Positions 9,765 to 19,882 are shown, counted from the first letter of the stretch. The stretch is DNA of 64,000 bases from an uncultured Candidatus Saccharibacteria bacterium (GCA_964584895.1 CAZPAW010000002.1:194748-258747); one strand, 5' to 3'. Notes: generated by a model from the letters alone, not told the origin. Program-made: numbers and translations.

Positions 9765-10438
9765 TGCACCGTTTTTGTCTTTAACCACATTCCTGGATAA
9801 TGTGACCAATTTTTGAACCTTCTATTGCAAACTGTTGCTGTTAATTTTTTATCAAAAATAACTGGTATGGAATGCTGATTTAAATGAACGGCCAAATCCA
9901 TATCTTCATGAATATCATTTCTTAGACAAGTAGAATCTTTTACTGCCTCCCATGCATGTTTAGATATATACATATTTGATCCAAATAAAGTTTGATGACC
10001 AAATAACAACCTACTGCTCCAAAAATACACAGCCCTATGGAGCCAAAACGTCAGAATATTTGGTATTTTTCCGCGAAAACTACAAGGCCCAGTAACCGCG
10101 ACCTGTTTGGGCAGATTTATTATTTCATTTTTAATATCTTTTACCCAATTTATTGGCAAAATCGTGTCGGCATCAATCCGAGCAATGACGTCGCTTTTAC
10201 ATTTGTTAAATCCGGTATTACGTGCAAAAACAATGCCTTGTTTTGACTCTTTTACAACTTTTACTAATTTGTATTTCTTGGCTATTCTTACAGTATCATC
10301 AGTGCAATTGTTGTCTACAATAATGACTTCATCTGGAGCAACAGATTGACGACTAATCGAATCAAGACATTTCACAATGTGGTGTTGCTCGTTATATACT
10401 GGAATAACGATAGATAACGTTAATGCTTTTATTTGCAT
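9761..10438 (-). CDS. family 2 glycosyltransferase
   Basis: 225 aa. LSIVIPVYNE, IIVDNNCTDDT and RIDADT (DxD) are GT2 hallmarks. Confidence 0.85.
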   Translation of the reverse strand: MQIKALTLSIVIPVYNEQHHIVKCLDSISRQSVAPDEVIIVDNNCTDDTVRIAKKYKLVKVVKESKQGIVFARNTGFNKCKSDVIARIDADTILPINWVKDIKNEIINLPKQVAVTGPCSFRGKIPNILTFWLHRAVYFWSSRLLFGHQTLFGSNMYISKHAWEAVKDSTCLRNDIHEDMDLAVHLNQHSIPVIFDKKLTATVCNRRFKNWSHYPGMWLKTKTVH

Positions 10439-10458
10439 ACTAATTTGATACTAACAAA

Positions 10459-11694
10459 ATGCCTAAAACTAACAAGAAGAAATCCAGAACCAAGAAAAAA
10501 CAGCATCTTCATCATCGGGCCTATAATCGTACCAAATCAAGCGCTATAAAAGGAATAAAAGTAGTCAAGCCCTATGCTGTAAAAGCAAAACATTGGTATC
10601 AAAGACGCGTTTTTTGGCAAAAAACACTTATATGGATAGCGGTGGTAATATTTTTTATTACATCAATTATGTATGGAATCGCTCAATGGTATATTCACAA
10701 ACATCAGAACGAACCTCTCACAATTGGCGCGACATTCATCCCTAGCTATGCAAAATATTATAATCTTAGCCCAGAAAAGACATTGGATGCCATGATTGAC
10801 GATCTCGGTATTCGACGTTTTCGACTGGTTAGTTATTGGAATGATATTGAAAAGAGTCCTGGCAAATATGATTTTAGTCAACTAGATTGGCAATTCGACA
10901 AAATTGAAAAAGCCGGTGGCACTATTTCGCTTGCTATTGGGCTCCGTCAGCCACGCTGGCCAGAATGCCATTGGCCGCAGTGGGCCCATAAACTCCCGAA
11001 AGCACAGTGGCAAGGCAAACTAAAAGATGTTATGGGCAAGGTAATCGATCGATATAAAAACCGAACGGTGCTAAAAGATTATCAATTAGAAAACGAATAC
11101 TTTTTAGAAGTTTTTGGTGACTGCCCCGACCACAGCAGAGAACGTCTAATTGATGAGTTTAATTTTGTTAAATACAAAGACCCAAGCCGTCCAGTCATCG
11201 TGACGCGTAGTAACAATGCGGTCCCAAGCTGGCCAGTTGGTGAGCCCAGAGCCGATATCAACGGAGCTTCAATCTATAAACGAGTTTGGGACAGGACGAT
11301 TACCAAAAGATATTTTGAATACCCACTGCCACCTTGGTTTTACGCCTTTCTAGCCGGCGGGGCAGAGCTCACTACTGGCAGAAATACATTCATCCACGAG
11401 ATGCAGACAGAAGCCTGGCCCCCAGTACCAATGAAACAAGCTAGCATAGAAGAACAAGACAAATCAATGCCACCTGAAAAGTTAAGAGACCGCATCAAAT
11501 ATGGTATCGACACTGGTATGCGTACAATTGATCTTTGGGGTGTCGAATGGTGGTACTGGCGAAAAGTCGAGCTTAATGATCCTCGGTTATGGGACGAAGG
11601 TAAAAAAGCTATCGAAGAATTCACGACTAGCGATAAACAATGTCCACAGTATTACCGTAATGTACCAAACGGTCGTTCAACAAGCCCTTGTTAA
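10459..11694 (+). CDS. membrane-anchored glycoside hydrolase (clan GH-A-like)
   Basis: 411 aa. Lys-rich tail and one TM helix, then a TIM-barrel-like region with YQLENEYF (NE acid/base motif of GH5/GH42-like families). The exact family cannot be assigned by eye. Confidence 0.55.
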   Translation: MPKTNKKKSRTKKKQHLHHRAYNRTKSSAIKGIKVVKPYAVKAKHWYQRRVFWQKTLIWIAVVIFFITSIMYGIAQWYIHKHQNEPLTIGATFIPSYAKYYNLSPEKTLDAMIDDLGIRRFRLVSYWNDIEKSPGKYDFSQLDWQFDKIEKAGGTISLAIGLRQPRWPECHWPQWAHKLPKAQWQGKLKDVMGKVIDRYKNRTVLKDYQLENEYFLEVFGDCPDHSRERLIDEFNFVKYKDPSRPVIVTRSNNAVPSWPVGEPRADINGASIYKRVWDRTITKRYFEYPLPPWFYAFLAGGAELTTGRNTFIHEMQTEAWPPVPMKQASIEEQDKSMPPEKLRDRIKYGIDTGMRTIDLWGVEWWYWRKVELNDPRLWDEGKKAIEEFTTSDKQCPQYYRNVPNGRSTSPC

Positions 11695-11766
11695 AATATA
11701 CTAGACCATAGTTATACGTATTAGTCTATGTACAATCAAACTGAGGTACGTTATACTTATGTCAAT

Positions 11767-12231
11767 ATGAAAAAAAGAAAAGTAACTCCTGGCCGTATCC
11801 AAAACCGCCGCGCAAAGTTTGATTACCAACTTGGCGATAGTTTTGTCGTGGGCATTGTTTTGTCGGGCAAGGAAGCCAAATCTTTGCGACAAGGACACGC
11901 TCAACTACGTGGATCATACGTAATAATTAAAGACTCTAAAAAAGGTGGGGAGCTATGGTTAATTAATGCGACTATCTCTGATGGCAAAACATTCCAAATC
12001 CCCGAAAACGAACAAACAAGAAACCGTAAACTTCTAGCGCATAGAAAAGAAATCGAAAAGTTGGCTCAGGCTAAAAAACAGGGCAATAGCATCATCCCAA
12101 CCGAATTCTTGACCGCCTCAAAGCATATAAAACTTCGCATCTCAATCGGTAAAGGCAAAAAACGCTACGACAAACGCGAAACCCTCAAACGCAAAGACCA
12201 GGAACGCGATGTCGCCCGCGCATCCCGTTAG
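11767..12231 (+). CDS. smpB: SsrA-binding protein
   Basis: RIQNRRAKFDYQLGDSFVVGIVLSGKEAKSLR and a basic C-terminal tail. ATG at 11767 (MKKRK) is preferred over the track start at 11728. Confidence 0.9.
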   Translation: MKKRKVTPGRIQNRRAKFDYQLGDSFVVGIVLSGKEAKSLRQGHAQLRGSYVIIKDSKKGGELWLINATISDGKTFQIPENEQTRNRKLLAHRKEIEKLAQAKKQGNSIIPTEFLTASKHIKLRISIGKGKKRYDKRETLKRKDQERDVARASR

Positions 12232-12378
12232 GATTGCGAACAAACCCATATTTCGCTATAATTTTCGTCTGTATTCCCTTATGAGTTAAGGGAAAAGAGT
12301 AGCCGGAGCAAAAATCGCACTTTTTGCCCCGCGCGATGAGAAAAACCATAGGTTTGTCTTATAAGCCGAAGGCGCTAA

Positions 12379-12453
12379 TCCCGGGTAGCTCAATGGTGGA
12401 GCAAGAAGCTGTTAACTTCGAGGTTGTCGGTTCGAGTCCGACCCCGGGAGCCA
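12379..12453 (+). tRNA. tRNA-Asn (anticodon GUU), CCA encoded
   Basis: Hand-folded cloverleaf: acceptor TCCCGGG/CCCGGGA, D arm GCTC/GAGC, anticodon loop CTGTTAA, T arm GTCGG-TTCGAGT-CCGAC, discriminator G plus CCA. Confidence 0.9.
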
Positions 12454-12475
12454 GACCCAGCACTAACAGAGGTAG

Positions 12476-12498
12476 ACCAGGTTCCTAGACCTGGTTTT
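12476..12498 (+). terminator. hairpin plus T-run downstream of tRNA-Asn
   Basis: ACCAGG-ttcctaga-CCTGGT followed by TTTT. Confidence 0.45.
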
Positions 12499-12706
12499 CT
12501 TATTTTCGTCAAACCACCTCTTATCTGTTATTTGGTTCGAGTCTGATTCATCTAAACTTATGTAAAGTAGTGTGGTTGTTGGAACCGAAAATAAGACAGA
12601 CGGTACCTGTTATTTCTTCTCTGTTTGGTTCTAAGCCTGACTGATTGTTCTATGACAAACAGGCAGGCTGAAAGCCGACCAGGCTCTGTGACCATCAATT
12701 ATTAGT

Positions 12707-13786
12707 TTAGTACCGACGTATTTGTCGGATTAGGCTATGTAGAACACCTCCGCTTTGCTCAAAGTCGGGTTGGCTGTGAAGATCTTCAATTTTTTCTTGA
12801 ACGCCATCGTCGATTTGCCACCTAGCTCCAACCAGAGCATCTGCTAAATATTCAGGCTTTGTAACGGCTGCAAGCACGACAGTGCTTTCACGAGTTGCAA
12901 GCCACGCAATAGCGGCTTGAGCCAAGTTATGGCTAGTAGTCTCAGCTTCGGAGGCTATTCCTTGCAGTAATCCAACAGTCTCAATCAATTGAACAATTAT
13001 TGGCGCTGGAGGCTGATCTATGGCTTCTGCTTCTTCCACTTCATGGCTTAATGCAGTCATTATCTCAGGAAGCCTTTTATTAGTTAAAACACCTTTTACT
13101 AAAGGACTATGAGCAAGTACAGTTAGTCCTTCATCATGTGCTAGCTCAACTTCGACTAGCTGCGATGGCGATAACATATTCACAAACGGCTGAGTCGCTG
13201 CTGGTCTTCTAAGTCCACGATCATCACATGCTTCCAGAAATGCTTCGAGTTGAGCAACACTATAGTTAGATAGCCCATATTCACGAATTTTCTCAGCTTC
13301 AATCAGTTCACTCATAGTTTCAGCGTGGGCTTCATGAGCAACTCGTTCATCTGGAACATGCAACTGATAAAGATCAATTATGCCCACATCATCACCAAGG
13401 ACAAGCAGACTCCTATCAACCTGATTGCGGATTCTCTCTGGTGTAGTGTCACCTTGATGACCTTCTTCACGCCATCTCATCTGCTGCTCAGCAGTTGTGC
13501 CAAGTCCAGTTTTTGTAGCGATTATTACTTCATTTCTTGGTAGCACTTCAGCGCTCACAGCTCTACCAATTGCCAGCTCAGTTCCGTAATTATCAGAGGT
13601 ATCAAATAATGTTATTCCAGCTTCGTGAGCACGCCTGAATGACTCAATGGTGTCGGCCGCGTCTAGTTTGTCACCCAAGTGGTACGTTCCGTAGCCAATA
13701 TTCGGGGAGGTTACAGGTATATCTCCTATATGAATAGCTTGTTCAGCTTCACTGAAACCTTCTGGTTGAGAATTCGACATACTCAA
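12707..13786 (-). CDS. aldo/keto reductase family oxidoreductase
   Basis: 359 aa. GYGTYHLGD..., ITLFDTSDNYG and IIATKTG fit the AKR pattern. Confidence 0.8.
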   Translation of the reverse strand: MSMSNSQPEGFSEAEQAIHIGDIPVTSPNIGYGTYHLGDKLDAADTIESFRRAHEAGITLFDTSDNYGTELAIGRAVSAEVLPRNEVIIATKTGLGTTAEQQMRWREEGHQGDTTPERIRNQVDRSLLVLGDDVGIIDLYQLHVPDERVAHEAHAETMSELIEAEKIREYGLSNYSVAQLEAFLEACDDRGLRRPAATQPFVNMLSPSQLVEVELAHDEGLTVLAHSPLVKGVLTNKRLPEIMTALSHEVEEAEAIDQPPAPIIVQLIETVGLLQGIASEAETTSHNLAQAAIAWLATRESTVVLAAVTKPEYLADALVGARWQIDDGVQEKIEDLHSQPDFEQSGGVLHSLIRQIRRY

Positions 13787-13853
13787 TAGTATGTTAGAGT
13801 AGTAATATTTCTACAAGCATTAACAGTATTGTCAAATTTATAAGCAGTATAGT

Positions 13854-15143
13854 TTGGAAGCCAACCTGATTAGGCTATGCGATACTATCAGTATGCCGAC
13901 AATTAACGGAACAATTTATCCTGAATCAAAACCGATACTTCATAACTTCAATGAGCTCAACATACTAATACTTGGAGAATTAGGTGACGACGTTGAACAG
14001 TTTGTAGCCAGTCTTGAGGTTCTCAAACGATATCTTATAGATGCAGGTCGTCCTGATATCAGTATCAAGCTTCATTGCACTAGCACTGCAACAGATACAG
14101 TGGCTAATAGATTAAATATTACTAAACATAGTATTAATCCTGTCACTCAAGAACAGCTGATAGAAGCAGTTATTAGCCTAGATATCGATATTGTCTTTGA
14201 TCAAGATGTTCAATTTGACCAAAAGTTCCTTTGGAGTAAATTCTATGAATTCGACGCGGTTAAATCCATCAATAAACTTCGAAGATCAGTAGAAGACTAC
14301 TTGGTTGGCAGCGGTATTGCTTGGACATTTGAAAGTCCAATATGGAACATGCCTCTTTTCATGAAGTATATGGCAGTGCCAGGTATTTGCATGGACTTTT
14401 TCACATTCATGGGCGAATGTGTAGAGAATCGAGGGTACACAGATGATCAAAAAGAAAAGGTTAGATATATAACCAACAAAATCAAACAGGTTGAGTATGC
14501 TCGTGACATTCTGCATTACCATATAAAGCGCATGCGAAAAGCAAGGCGCAATGGCATGTCTGATGATGATTACAACATTCAGCTTAACTATCACCTGAGC
14601 AACTTCTATTTCCTTTTAGCAGGCACATTAGACTCTTTAGCGAGACTAATCAATGATGTTTATAGATTAAAACTTACGAAATACTCTGACTTAGGGGTCG
14701 AAAAGAAGGGGTTCATTAATGCAAACCGCAAAAAACGAACAGGCTTCGTTAGCGTTTTTAATCTCAAGAAGCCCAAAAAATGGATCTCTTTTCTAAAGGA
14801 GCGTCGTAATTTTATAGCTCATGATGGAGATATGAGACAAACACCTATCGTAAAAGAGAAGAAAAAGAAACTAACAGATGAAGAGGTAAACAATATTGTA
14901 GACAGACAAGTTGACTGGGTATTGCTGGCACGTATATTACCTTCAGAAATATATCAGGCTCAGAGAGATCAAGCCGTAGAACTGACTAGAATCAAGAATA
15001 ATTATGAAGTAATTGCAGAAAAGATTATGATGGTGCCAAAAAAAGGAGGGATTAAAATGCACTCTCCACTTATAGATATTGATCATGATTACGAGCAGTT
15101 CGTGGAAATATTATCAAAGGCCTTAGACAGGCTTAAGAAGTAA
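13854..15143 (+). CDS. hypothetical protein with HEPN-like RX4H motif
   Basis: 429 aa (TTG start in the track; the ATG at 13893 is an alternative). ERRNFIAHDG contains R-x4-H inside a predicted helical C-terminal half, as in Abi/HEPN-type proteins. Assignment is tentative. Confidence 0.45.
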   Translation: MEANLIRLCDTISMPTINGTIYPESKPILHNFNELNILILGELGDDVEQFVASLEVLKRYLIDAGRPDISIKLHCTSTATDTVANRLNITKHSINPVTQEQLIEAVISLDIDIVFDQDVQFDQKFLWSKFYEFDAVKSINKLRRSVEDYLVGSGIAWTFESPIWNMPLFMKYMAVPGICMDFFTFMGECVENRGYTDDQKEKVRYITNKIKQVEYARDILHYHIKRMRKARRNGMSDDDYNIQLNYHLSNFYFLLAGTLDSLARLINDVYRLKLTKYSDLGVEKKGFINANRKKRTGFVSVFNLKKPKKWISFLKERRNFIAHDGDMRQTPIVKEKKKKLTDEEVNNIVDRQVDWVLLARILPSEIYQAQRDQAVELTRIKNNYEVIAEKIMMVPKKGGIKMHSPLIDIDHDYEQFVEILSKALDRLKK

Positions 15144-16431
15144 CTCCTTTTATAAATATTTGACCATTTTTAATGCTTAATTTTGAGACAATTCCTTCAG
15201 AAAGTGCTGTTTTCTCAAAATCTGTACCGCTTTGTAAAACGTACCTTGAGTACTCAATCAATGGCTGATCCAGCTTTTGACTAAACTTATAGTGTTTGAA
15301 TATGGCATCAGAAGTGTTTCGATGCTTTTCAGAAGCTGAAACTAGTTTGCTGCTAAACTTCATTTCTTGGTGGTTTGATTCTATAAAATTCTGGAGCAAT
15401 ACACATAAGTCCTTCTCATTTATATACTTTTCTTTGCAATTCGGATCAACTCGGCGTGTACAGTTGTAGTAGACGTGCCGATTGTACTCACCATTCTTTA
15501 GTTTCTTGAATTTCTCTTGAGCCGTGATATCAGCTCCACATCGACCGCACTTTAGTAAGCCACGAAAAGGGAAGCGCTTTGATCCCCAAACCCCTTTATT
15601 TGCTCCTCTCGTTTGCTGTACGTGCTCAAAGAGCTCTTTAGAGATAAGTGGCTTGTGAGCGCCTTTATACCATTTAGCACCCGGTCCTTCTGGGTATTGA
15701 AACTCTCCGTAGTAGAAAGGATTTTTCAGTAGAGCTAAAACTTGGCTTAACGTCACTGGGCCACCAGATCTACTAGTAAAGTTTTGATCGTCCAGCCAGT
15801 TCTTCGTTCTTCGACCACTCCAGCCCTCATAAGCTGTTTTCTTGAACACTTCGACAATAATTTCAGCACGTTCTGGATCAGGAATGATGTCTTTCACGCC
15901 ACCGAACGCTCTGTTGATATATCCAAGTGGGGCAACTCCAGGGCGCCAACCCATCTCACACTTGGTTCGTATGCCTCGTTTCACATTGATACTTTTGTTG
16001 TCATTTTCGAGCTTAGCTTGTGAGCACAGGATCATCAGCAGGAACTTCTCATTCGGGTTATTGCTGAAGGTTTGAGAGAAGGTTTTGATGTGTAGGAGCT
16101 TTCCTTGGTCCATGAGATCGACTATTGCGCCTAAGTCTCCTGCGTTCCTACTGAGCCTATCGGGAGCCCAAGTTAGCACTGCATTGTACTTACCCTCATC
16201 AATTCCTTTTAGCAGTTCATTATAGACTGGACGTTGCCCAGAGTCTTTAGCTGAATGACTTTCTTTTAATTCGCTGACGATATCAAGACTATCGTTTTCT
16301 GCCAGCGACCTCATCTCTTTCAGTTGCGAATCGACGGAGAGTGCTTGCTGTTCATCACCTTCAGATGATTTACGGGCATATAGGCAATATTTTAGTGGTG
16401 ATTGATCCTTATCTACCATGACCAGCAACAA
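15133..16431 (-). CDS. large serine recombinase
   Basis: 432 aa. Resolvase-type catalytic domain (YCLYARKSSEGD with the nucleophile Ser, WAPDRLSRN), a recombinase domain and a zinc ribbon (CGRCG...YYNCTRR). Probable true start is MVDKD at 16419. Paralogue at 32555..33838. Confidence 0.9.
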   Translation of the reverse strand: MLLVMVDKDQSPLKYCLYARKSSEGDEQQALSVDSQLKEMRSLAENDSLDIVSELKESHSAKDSGQRPVYNELLKGIDEGKYNAVLTWAPDRLSRNAGDLGAIVDLMDQGKLLHIKTFSQTFSNNPNEKFLLMILCSQAKLENDNKSINVKRGIRTKCEMGWRPGVAPLGYINRAFGGVKDIIPDPERAEIIVEVFKKTAYEGWSGRRTKNWLDDQNFTSRSGGPVTLSQVLALLKNPFYYGEFQYPEGPGAKWYKGAHKPLISKELFEHVQQTRGANKGVWGSKRFPFRGLLKCGRCGADITAQEKFKKLKNGEYNRHVYYNCTRRVDPNCKEKYINEKDLCVLLQNFIESNHQEMKFSSKLVSASEKHRNTSDAIFKHYKFSQKLDQPLIEYSRYVLQSGTDFEKTALSEGIVSKLSIKNGQIFIKGVTS

Positions 16432-16478
16432 GGTACCGCAATGGTTTTAGAAGTCCAGCGATATTGTAAAATTTAACT

Positions 16479-17129
16479 ATGACAAAAGTATTTGACGTAT
16501 TACCTGAAATTGAAAAGAAATTGATTAATTCATTAGCTGATTTTCTTAAAGCAGATGATGGCAAGTTTCACATGTGGGAAATTGCAGTATTTGTGCCGGC
16601 TGTAAATCAGTTTATCCACTATTTAAGTGGTCTCAATGCCTCTTTAGAGAAGAAGAATTACATTACGGCAATGAGCAGTTTGAGAGGAATGATAGAATCG
16701 CTGGCTGTTGTTATATATGATGGTACTGAAAAATTAACTGAGGAAGCCTACAAAGAATTTATGTCGAAAGGCAGGCTCCCAATATGGAACGACAAAAAGA
16801 AGAAATGGCGCAAGGTAACCAATAAGGAGCTCGTAAAAGGACTTGAAGATAAGCTCAAGATTAATGTTGTAGAGATATATGATCATACGAATGATTTGCT
16901 GCACTTTTCAGCTACGCACATGTCATTTTTAGGAGGTGCAAACCCACAGGAAGACAACGAAGAGAGAATAGCCAAAATACACGTAGGATCAGAAGATGAA
17001 ATACCCCCAGAAAAAGTAAAGGAAATTATTGAATATAGTGTCGAGCTAGCAGCACGATTAGGGGGCTGCATTGAATCAGGAATTGAAGAGAAGGAGCGAC
17101 GATCTATGCGCTCAAATCAAAAAAACTGA
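16479..17129 (+). CDS. hypothetical protein
   Basis: 216 aa. TAAAAT box lies exactly 6 nt before the ATG. No family recognised. Confidence 0.5.
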   Translation: MTKVFDVLPEIEKKLINSLADFLKADDGKFHMWEIAVFVPAVNQFIHYLSGLNASLEKKNYITAMSSLRGMIESLAVVIYDGTEKLTEEAYKEFMSKGRLPIWNDKKKKWRKVTNKELVKGLEDKLKINVVEIYDHTNDLLHFSATHMSFLGGANPQEDNEERIAKIHVGSEDEIPPEKVKEIIEYSVELAARLGGCIESGIEEKERRSMRSNQKN

Positions 17130-17141
17130 TCTAGACCGTAA

Positions 17142-18215
17142 CTAGATAACGAATTCACTAACTGCTTCGACTATCTTTTCTGCATTCTTCTCAACATATT
17201 CTGCTGGGATGTTTCCGAAAACTTTTAGCTCTGCATCTTCTACGTCAGTAACACCTTCTACATTAATATATTTCTTTAGCGTGTCGTGCAGACGTTTACG
17301 CTCAGCTTTATCAGGCATCCAAGCATAGCTGACTGTGATCGAGCCATCGGTATAGACAGATATGAAGGCATTCGGAGAGATCTCGTTGAACGTTGGGTTA
17401 AATGATCCTCTTTTTGTCCCTGAGCCCCAACGGACAATATCAGCATGCTTTAGCGACCAGTCATATAGCTTTCTGAGCGCAGCTACCTGTGACGGTGGAA
17501 GATTTTGTTCAACTTCTTGCCAATAAGACTGTTCATCCCATTTTCTTCGACCACCAGATTTCTTAGTACTACCCATGTCTTTCTTAACTTCCGTGCCGTA
17601 GATTTTTGGGATCATTATTTCGTACGTGTCGTGTTTGTAGTATTCAAGCTCTACTGCATAAACATCAAACTGACTGTTACGGTTAATGAACAGAATCAGG
17701 TCTTTCAACTGGCGATGCAGACTATCCATCAGTACAACGAACTTGAAGATGCCGTTGTTTAAGTTGTTCTGAATACTGTCTAGTAGCGTATCCGTAGCTT
17801 CCTGATCGATGCTAAAAAATTCTTGTAACTGCTCGTGCAGGCTTTTATCAAACTGTTTTTGAACATGTTTCTCTAGCTGGGAAGTGAAGTCAGTGAAATC
17901 GATCGAGCTAGTCCATAACGACGCACCGTAGTCTAGAACTTGAGCCACAACTGTCCGTTTGTCCGGATTTTTGTACAGTTTAGTCTCTATTAGGTATATG
18001 TTGCCATTCTGATCAACGCCTAAGGCGTCAATTGGACCACTGTCAGTAGGGAATTCACGCGCAAGTACGAGTAGTCGAATATCCTCGTCAATTTCATAAA
18101 CTGGAATCGCATCAGGATTGTTATAAATGTATTGCTGTAGGTAATCTTCTTGTTCGAAGCTGCTTTTGCTGACTCTACGAGCACCTTTGCCGTTTTCTGA
18201 AACTATTATCGCCAC
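17142..18215 (-). CDS. PD-(D/E)xK (NucS/DUF91-like) nuclease-domain protein
   Basis: 357 aa. N-terminal IDALGVDQNGNIYLIETKLYKNPDKRTVVAQVLDY fits the D...ExK...Q..Y pattern of NucS-type endonuclease domains. The C-terminal 250 aa are unassigned. Confidence 0.55.
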   Translation of the reverse strand: MAIIVSENGKGARRVSKSSFEQEDYLQQYIYNNPDAIPVYEIDEDIRLLVLAREFPTDSGPIDALGVDQNGNIYLIETKLYKNPDKRTVVAQVLDYGASLWTSSIDFTDFTSQLEKHVQKQFDKSLHEQLQEFFSIDQEATDTLLDSIQNNLNNGIFKFVVLMDSLHRQLKDLILFINRNSQFDVYAVELEYYKHDTYEIMIPKIYGTEVKKDMGSTKKSGGRRKWDEQSYWQEVEQNLPPSQVAALRKLYDWSLKHADIVRWGSGTKRGSFNPTFNEISPNAFISVYTDGSITVSYAWMPDKAERKRLHDTLKKYINVEGVTDVEDAELKVFGNIPAEYVEKNAEKIVEAVSEFVI

Positions 18216-18258
18216 TGGACCTCCTGGTTAGTTTGATCCTTCGTGGCTCACATAAAAG

Positions 18259-18355
18259 GACAGCCACGCTGGATGTTGAGATCCCAAGCAAGCAGATTAT
18301 GCCTACTCTTTTATGCGTAGCTGCCCATTTGTTGGCATAATCTACGCATACAAGC
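18259..18355. other. conserved structured non-coding block (copy A)
   Basis: GACAGCCACGCTGGA and ATGCCTACTCTTTT are shared with 35441-35536. The hairpin ATGCGTAG(18313-18320)/CTACGCAT(18342-18349) is replaced in copy B by GTACGT/ACGTAC, with two compensatory pair changes. Confidence 0.5.
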
Positions 18356-18427
18356 AATGCGCTCTGCATACTTGGAATCTCAACGCTAACATTGTACCGC
18401 TAACAGATGTAGATTGCTAGTTAATAG

Positions 18428-19882
18428 TTAAATGCGATAGTTCGGACCAAAGAGGTCAGACCGCTTGCCGAAACGTATCGTACCGACGTTTGATTGTTCA
18501 TTGTTGTGTTCCAGCACAGCTAGTGTCAGCGCGTCGACAAGGTCATCGTGTTTTTCTACTCCAAACCCAACTAATTGCGTAATCAGCTCGTCAACTCCGC
18601 GTTCAGGAAACAGTATTATTCCTCGGTTTATTTTGTCGGCAATCATGTTGAGCCGTGCACGTTTTTCCGCCTTTGGTACTGAGCCAGTTACGTCGAGTCC
18701 ATCTGCCATCAGCACCTGTACAACTGCTGCTTGGTAGCCAACTTGTTCAACGTACAGTTTTGGCTGATCTTCAGAAGTGCTTAGTTGTTTAAGCTGGTCA
18801 ATAGTGGCGCTAAACGATAGTCGTTTATTGACTGGATTTGGTCTTACATACATACGCATGTTTTCACCACTTCCGATCACGTCGATTGCAAGTATCGCAG
18901 TAAAGTCAGCCTTGTCGTGTTCTGAGATAGCCAAGTCCACTCCAACAATGACCCGTGAGTACTGATCCCGAACCGGATCGGGTACCCGCTTATAGTGATG
19001 GATCATTTTATGCGTAATTATCTGTTCATCATCTGGAACTAGATGCAACATATACTCACGCTCCCAAGCAATCCTATTAGCAACTGAACGCTCTAGCTTC
19101 TTCAATGCCTGCTGATCAGGGTACTTGTCTGGCCAGTTACTCTTGCCATCCGTCATGATTGGACATTGAACAAACTTGCCATCAAGTTCATCTCGCTCGA
19201 TTCGCTCTTTTAGGCGCATCAGCAGTGAATCTTCATGCAGTAAGTTCCCGACTACAATCTTTTTAGTACCAGTATCACCAGCCGGGATTATTTCACTTGT
19301 GTACCAGTCAAAGGTTTTGCTCCGGCCTTCTTTTGTTTTGACTGAACTAATATCCTCGACATCATCGGCAATGATGAGATCTGGACGGTGAGCACCATGT
19401 CTAATCCCTCGTACGCTCTGTTCAGTCGAGATTGCTGCGATTCGGGCATTAAACTTCGGAATGAACAGAGAAGTCGAACCCCATTCTTCACGCTGTTCAA
19501 CAAATGGTCCAAGATCATTTGTTAGCAGTTCATTGCTTTCAAGTTCACGCTTTATGTTTTTTAGGTGAACCCCTGCCTGGTAGGTGGTTTGACTAGCAAT
19601 CAGTACGAACTTCTTTTGCTGAACACCAAGCACTGCCCAGATTGGGTATGACATAGTCATGATTGTCGACTTAGCAGAGCCGCGGAAAGCCATTACAACG
19701 GCCAAACTTAAGTCCTCATCTTCCGACAAAGCAAACAGTTCTTTGTGAATGTCAGCTATGCCGTGAGTGATGTAAGCCGAGAAGTACATGGCAAAGAACC
19801 ATTGATGGCTTTTAGTTGTAATTTCAGAACGTAATTTTTGATTGTTAAACATTTGTTTGGTTAATTCGTTAGTTGTCATCAT
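18428..19882 (-). CDS. terL: phage terminase large subunit-like protein
   Basis: 484 aa. Walker A-like AFRGSAKST, Walker B DLIIADDVED, and C-terminal RNase H-like nuclease residues (VGVDLAISE, KHDDLVDALT). Confidence 0.85.
   Translation of the reverse strand: MMTTNELTKQMFNNQKLRSEITTKSHQWFFAMYFSAYITHGIADIHKELFALSEDEDLSLAVVMAFRGSAKSTIMTMSYPIWAVLGVQQKKFVLIASQTTYQAGVHLKNIKRELESNELLTNDLGPFVEQREEWGSTSLFIPKFNARIAAISTEQSVRGIRHGAHRPDLIIADDVEDISSVKTKEGRSKTFDWYTSEIIPAGDTGTKKIVVGNLLHEDSLLMRLKERIERDELDGKFVQCPIMTDGKSNWPDKYPDQQALKKLERSVANRIAWEREYMLHLVPDDEQIITHKMIHHYKRVPDPVRDQYSRVIVGVDLAISEHDKADFTAILAIDVIGSGENMRMYVRPNPVNKRLSFSATIDQLKQLSTSEDQPKLYVEQVGYQAAVVQVLMADGLDVTGSVPKAEKRARLNMIADKINRGIILFPERGVDELITQLVGFGVEKHDDLVDALTLAVLEHNNEQSNVGTIRFGKRSDLFGPNYRI

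Noticed and set aside
12232-12378. tmRNA (ssrA) next to smpB
   Set aside because: No GGGG-type 5' acceptor, no tag-peptide reading frame, and no T-arm plus CCA other than the tRNA-Asn itself. Only small hairpins are present (TCCCTTA/TAAGGGA and GCAAAAA/TTTTTGC).
18175-18369. 64 aa minus-strand ORF (and its counterpart at 35315..35536) that share AAT(H/Y)KRVG and SSVAV
   Set aside because: The shared residues come from a conserved DNA block. The differences between the copies are non-synonymous. Both ORFs run out of frame into the start of the downstream genes. A conserved hairpin with compensatory changes explains the conservation better.
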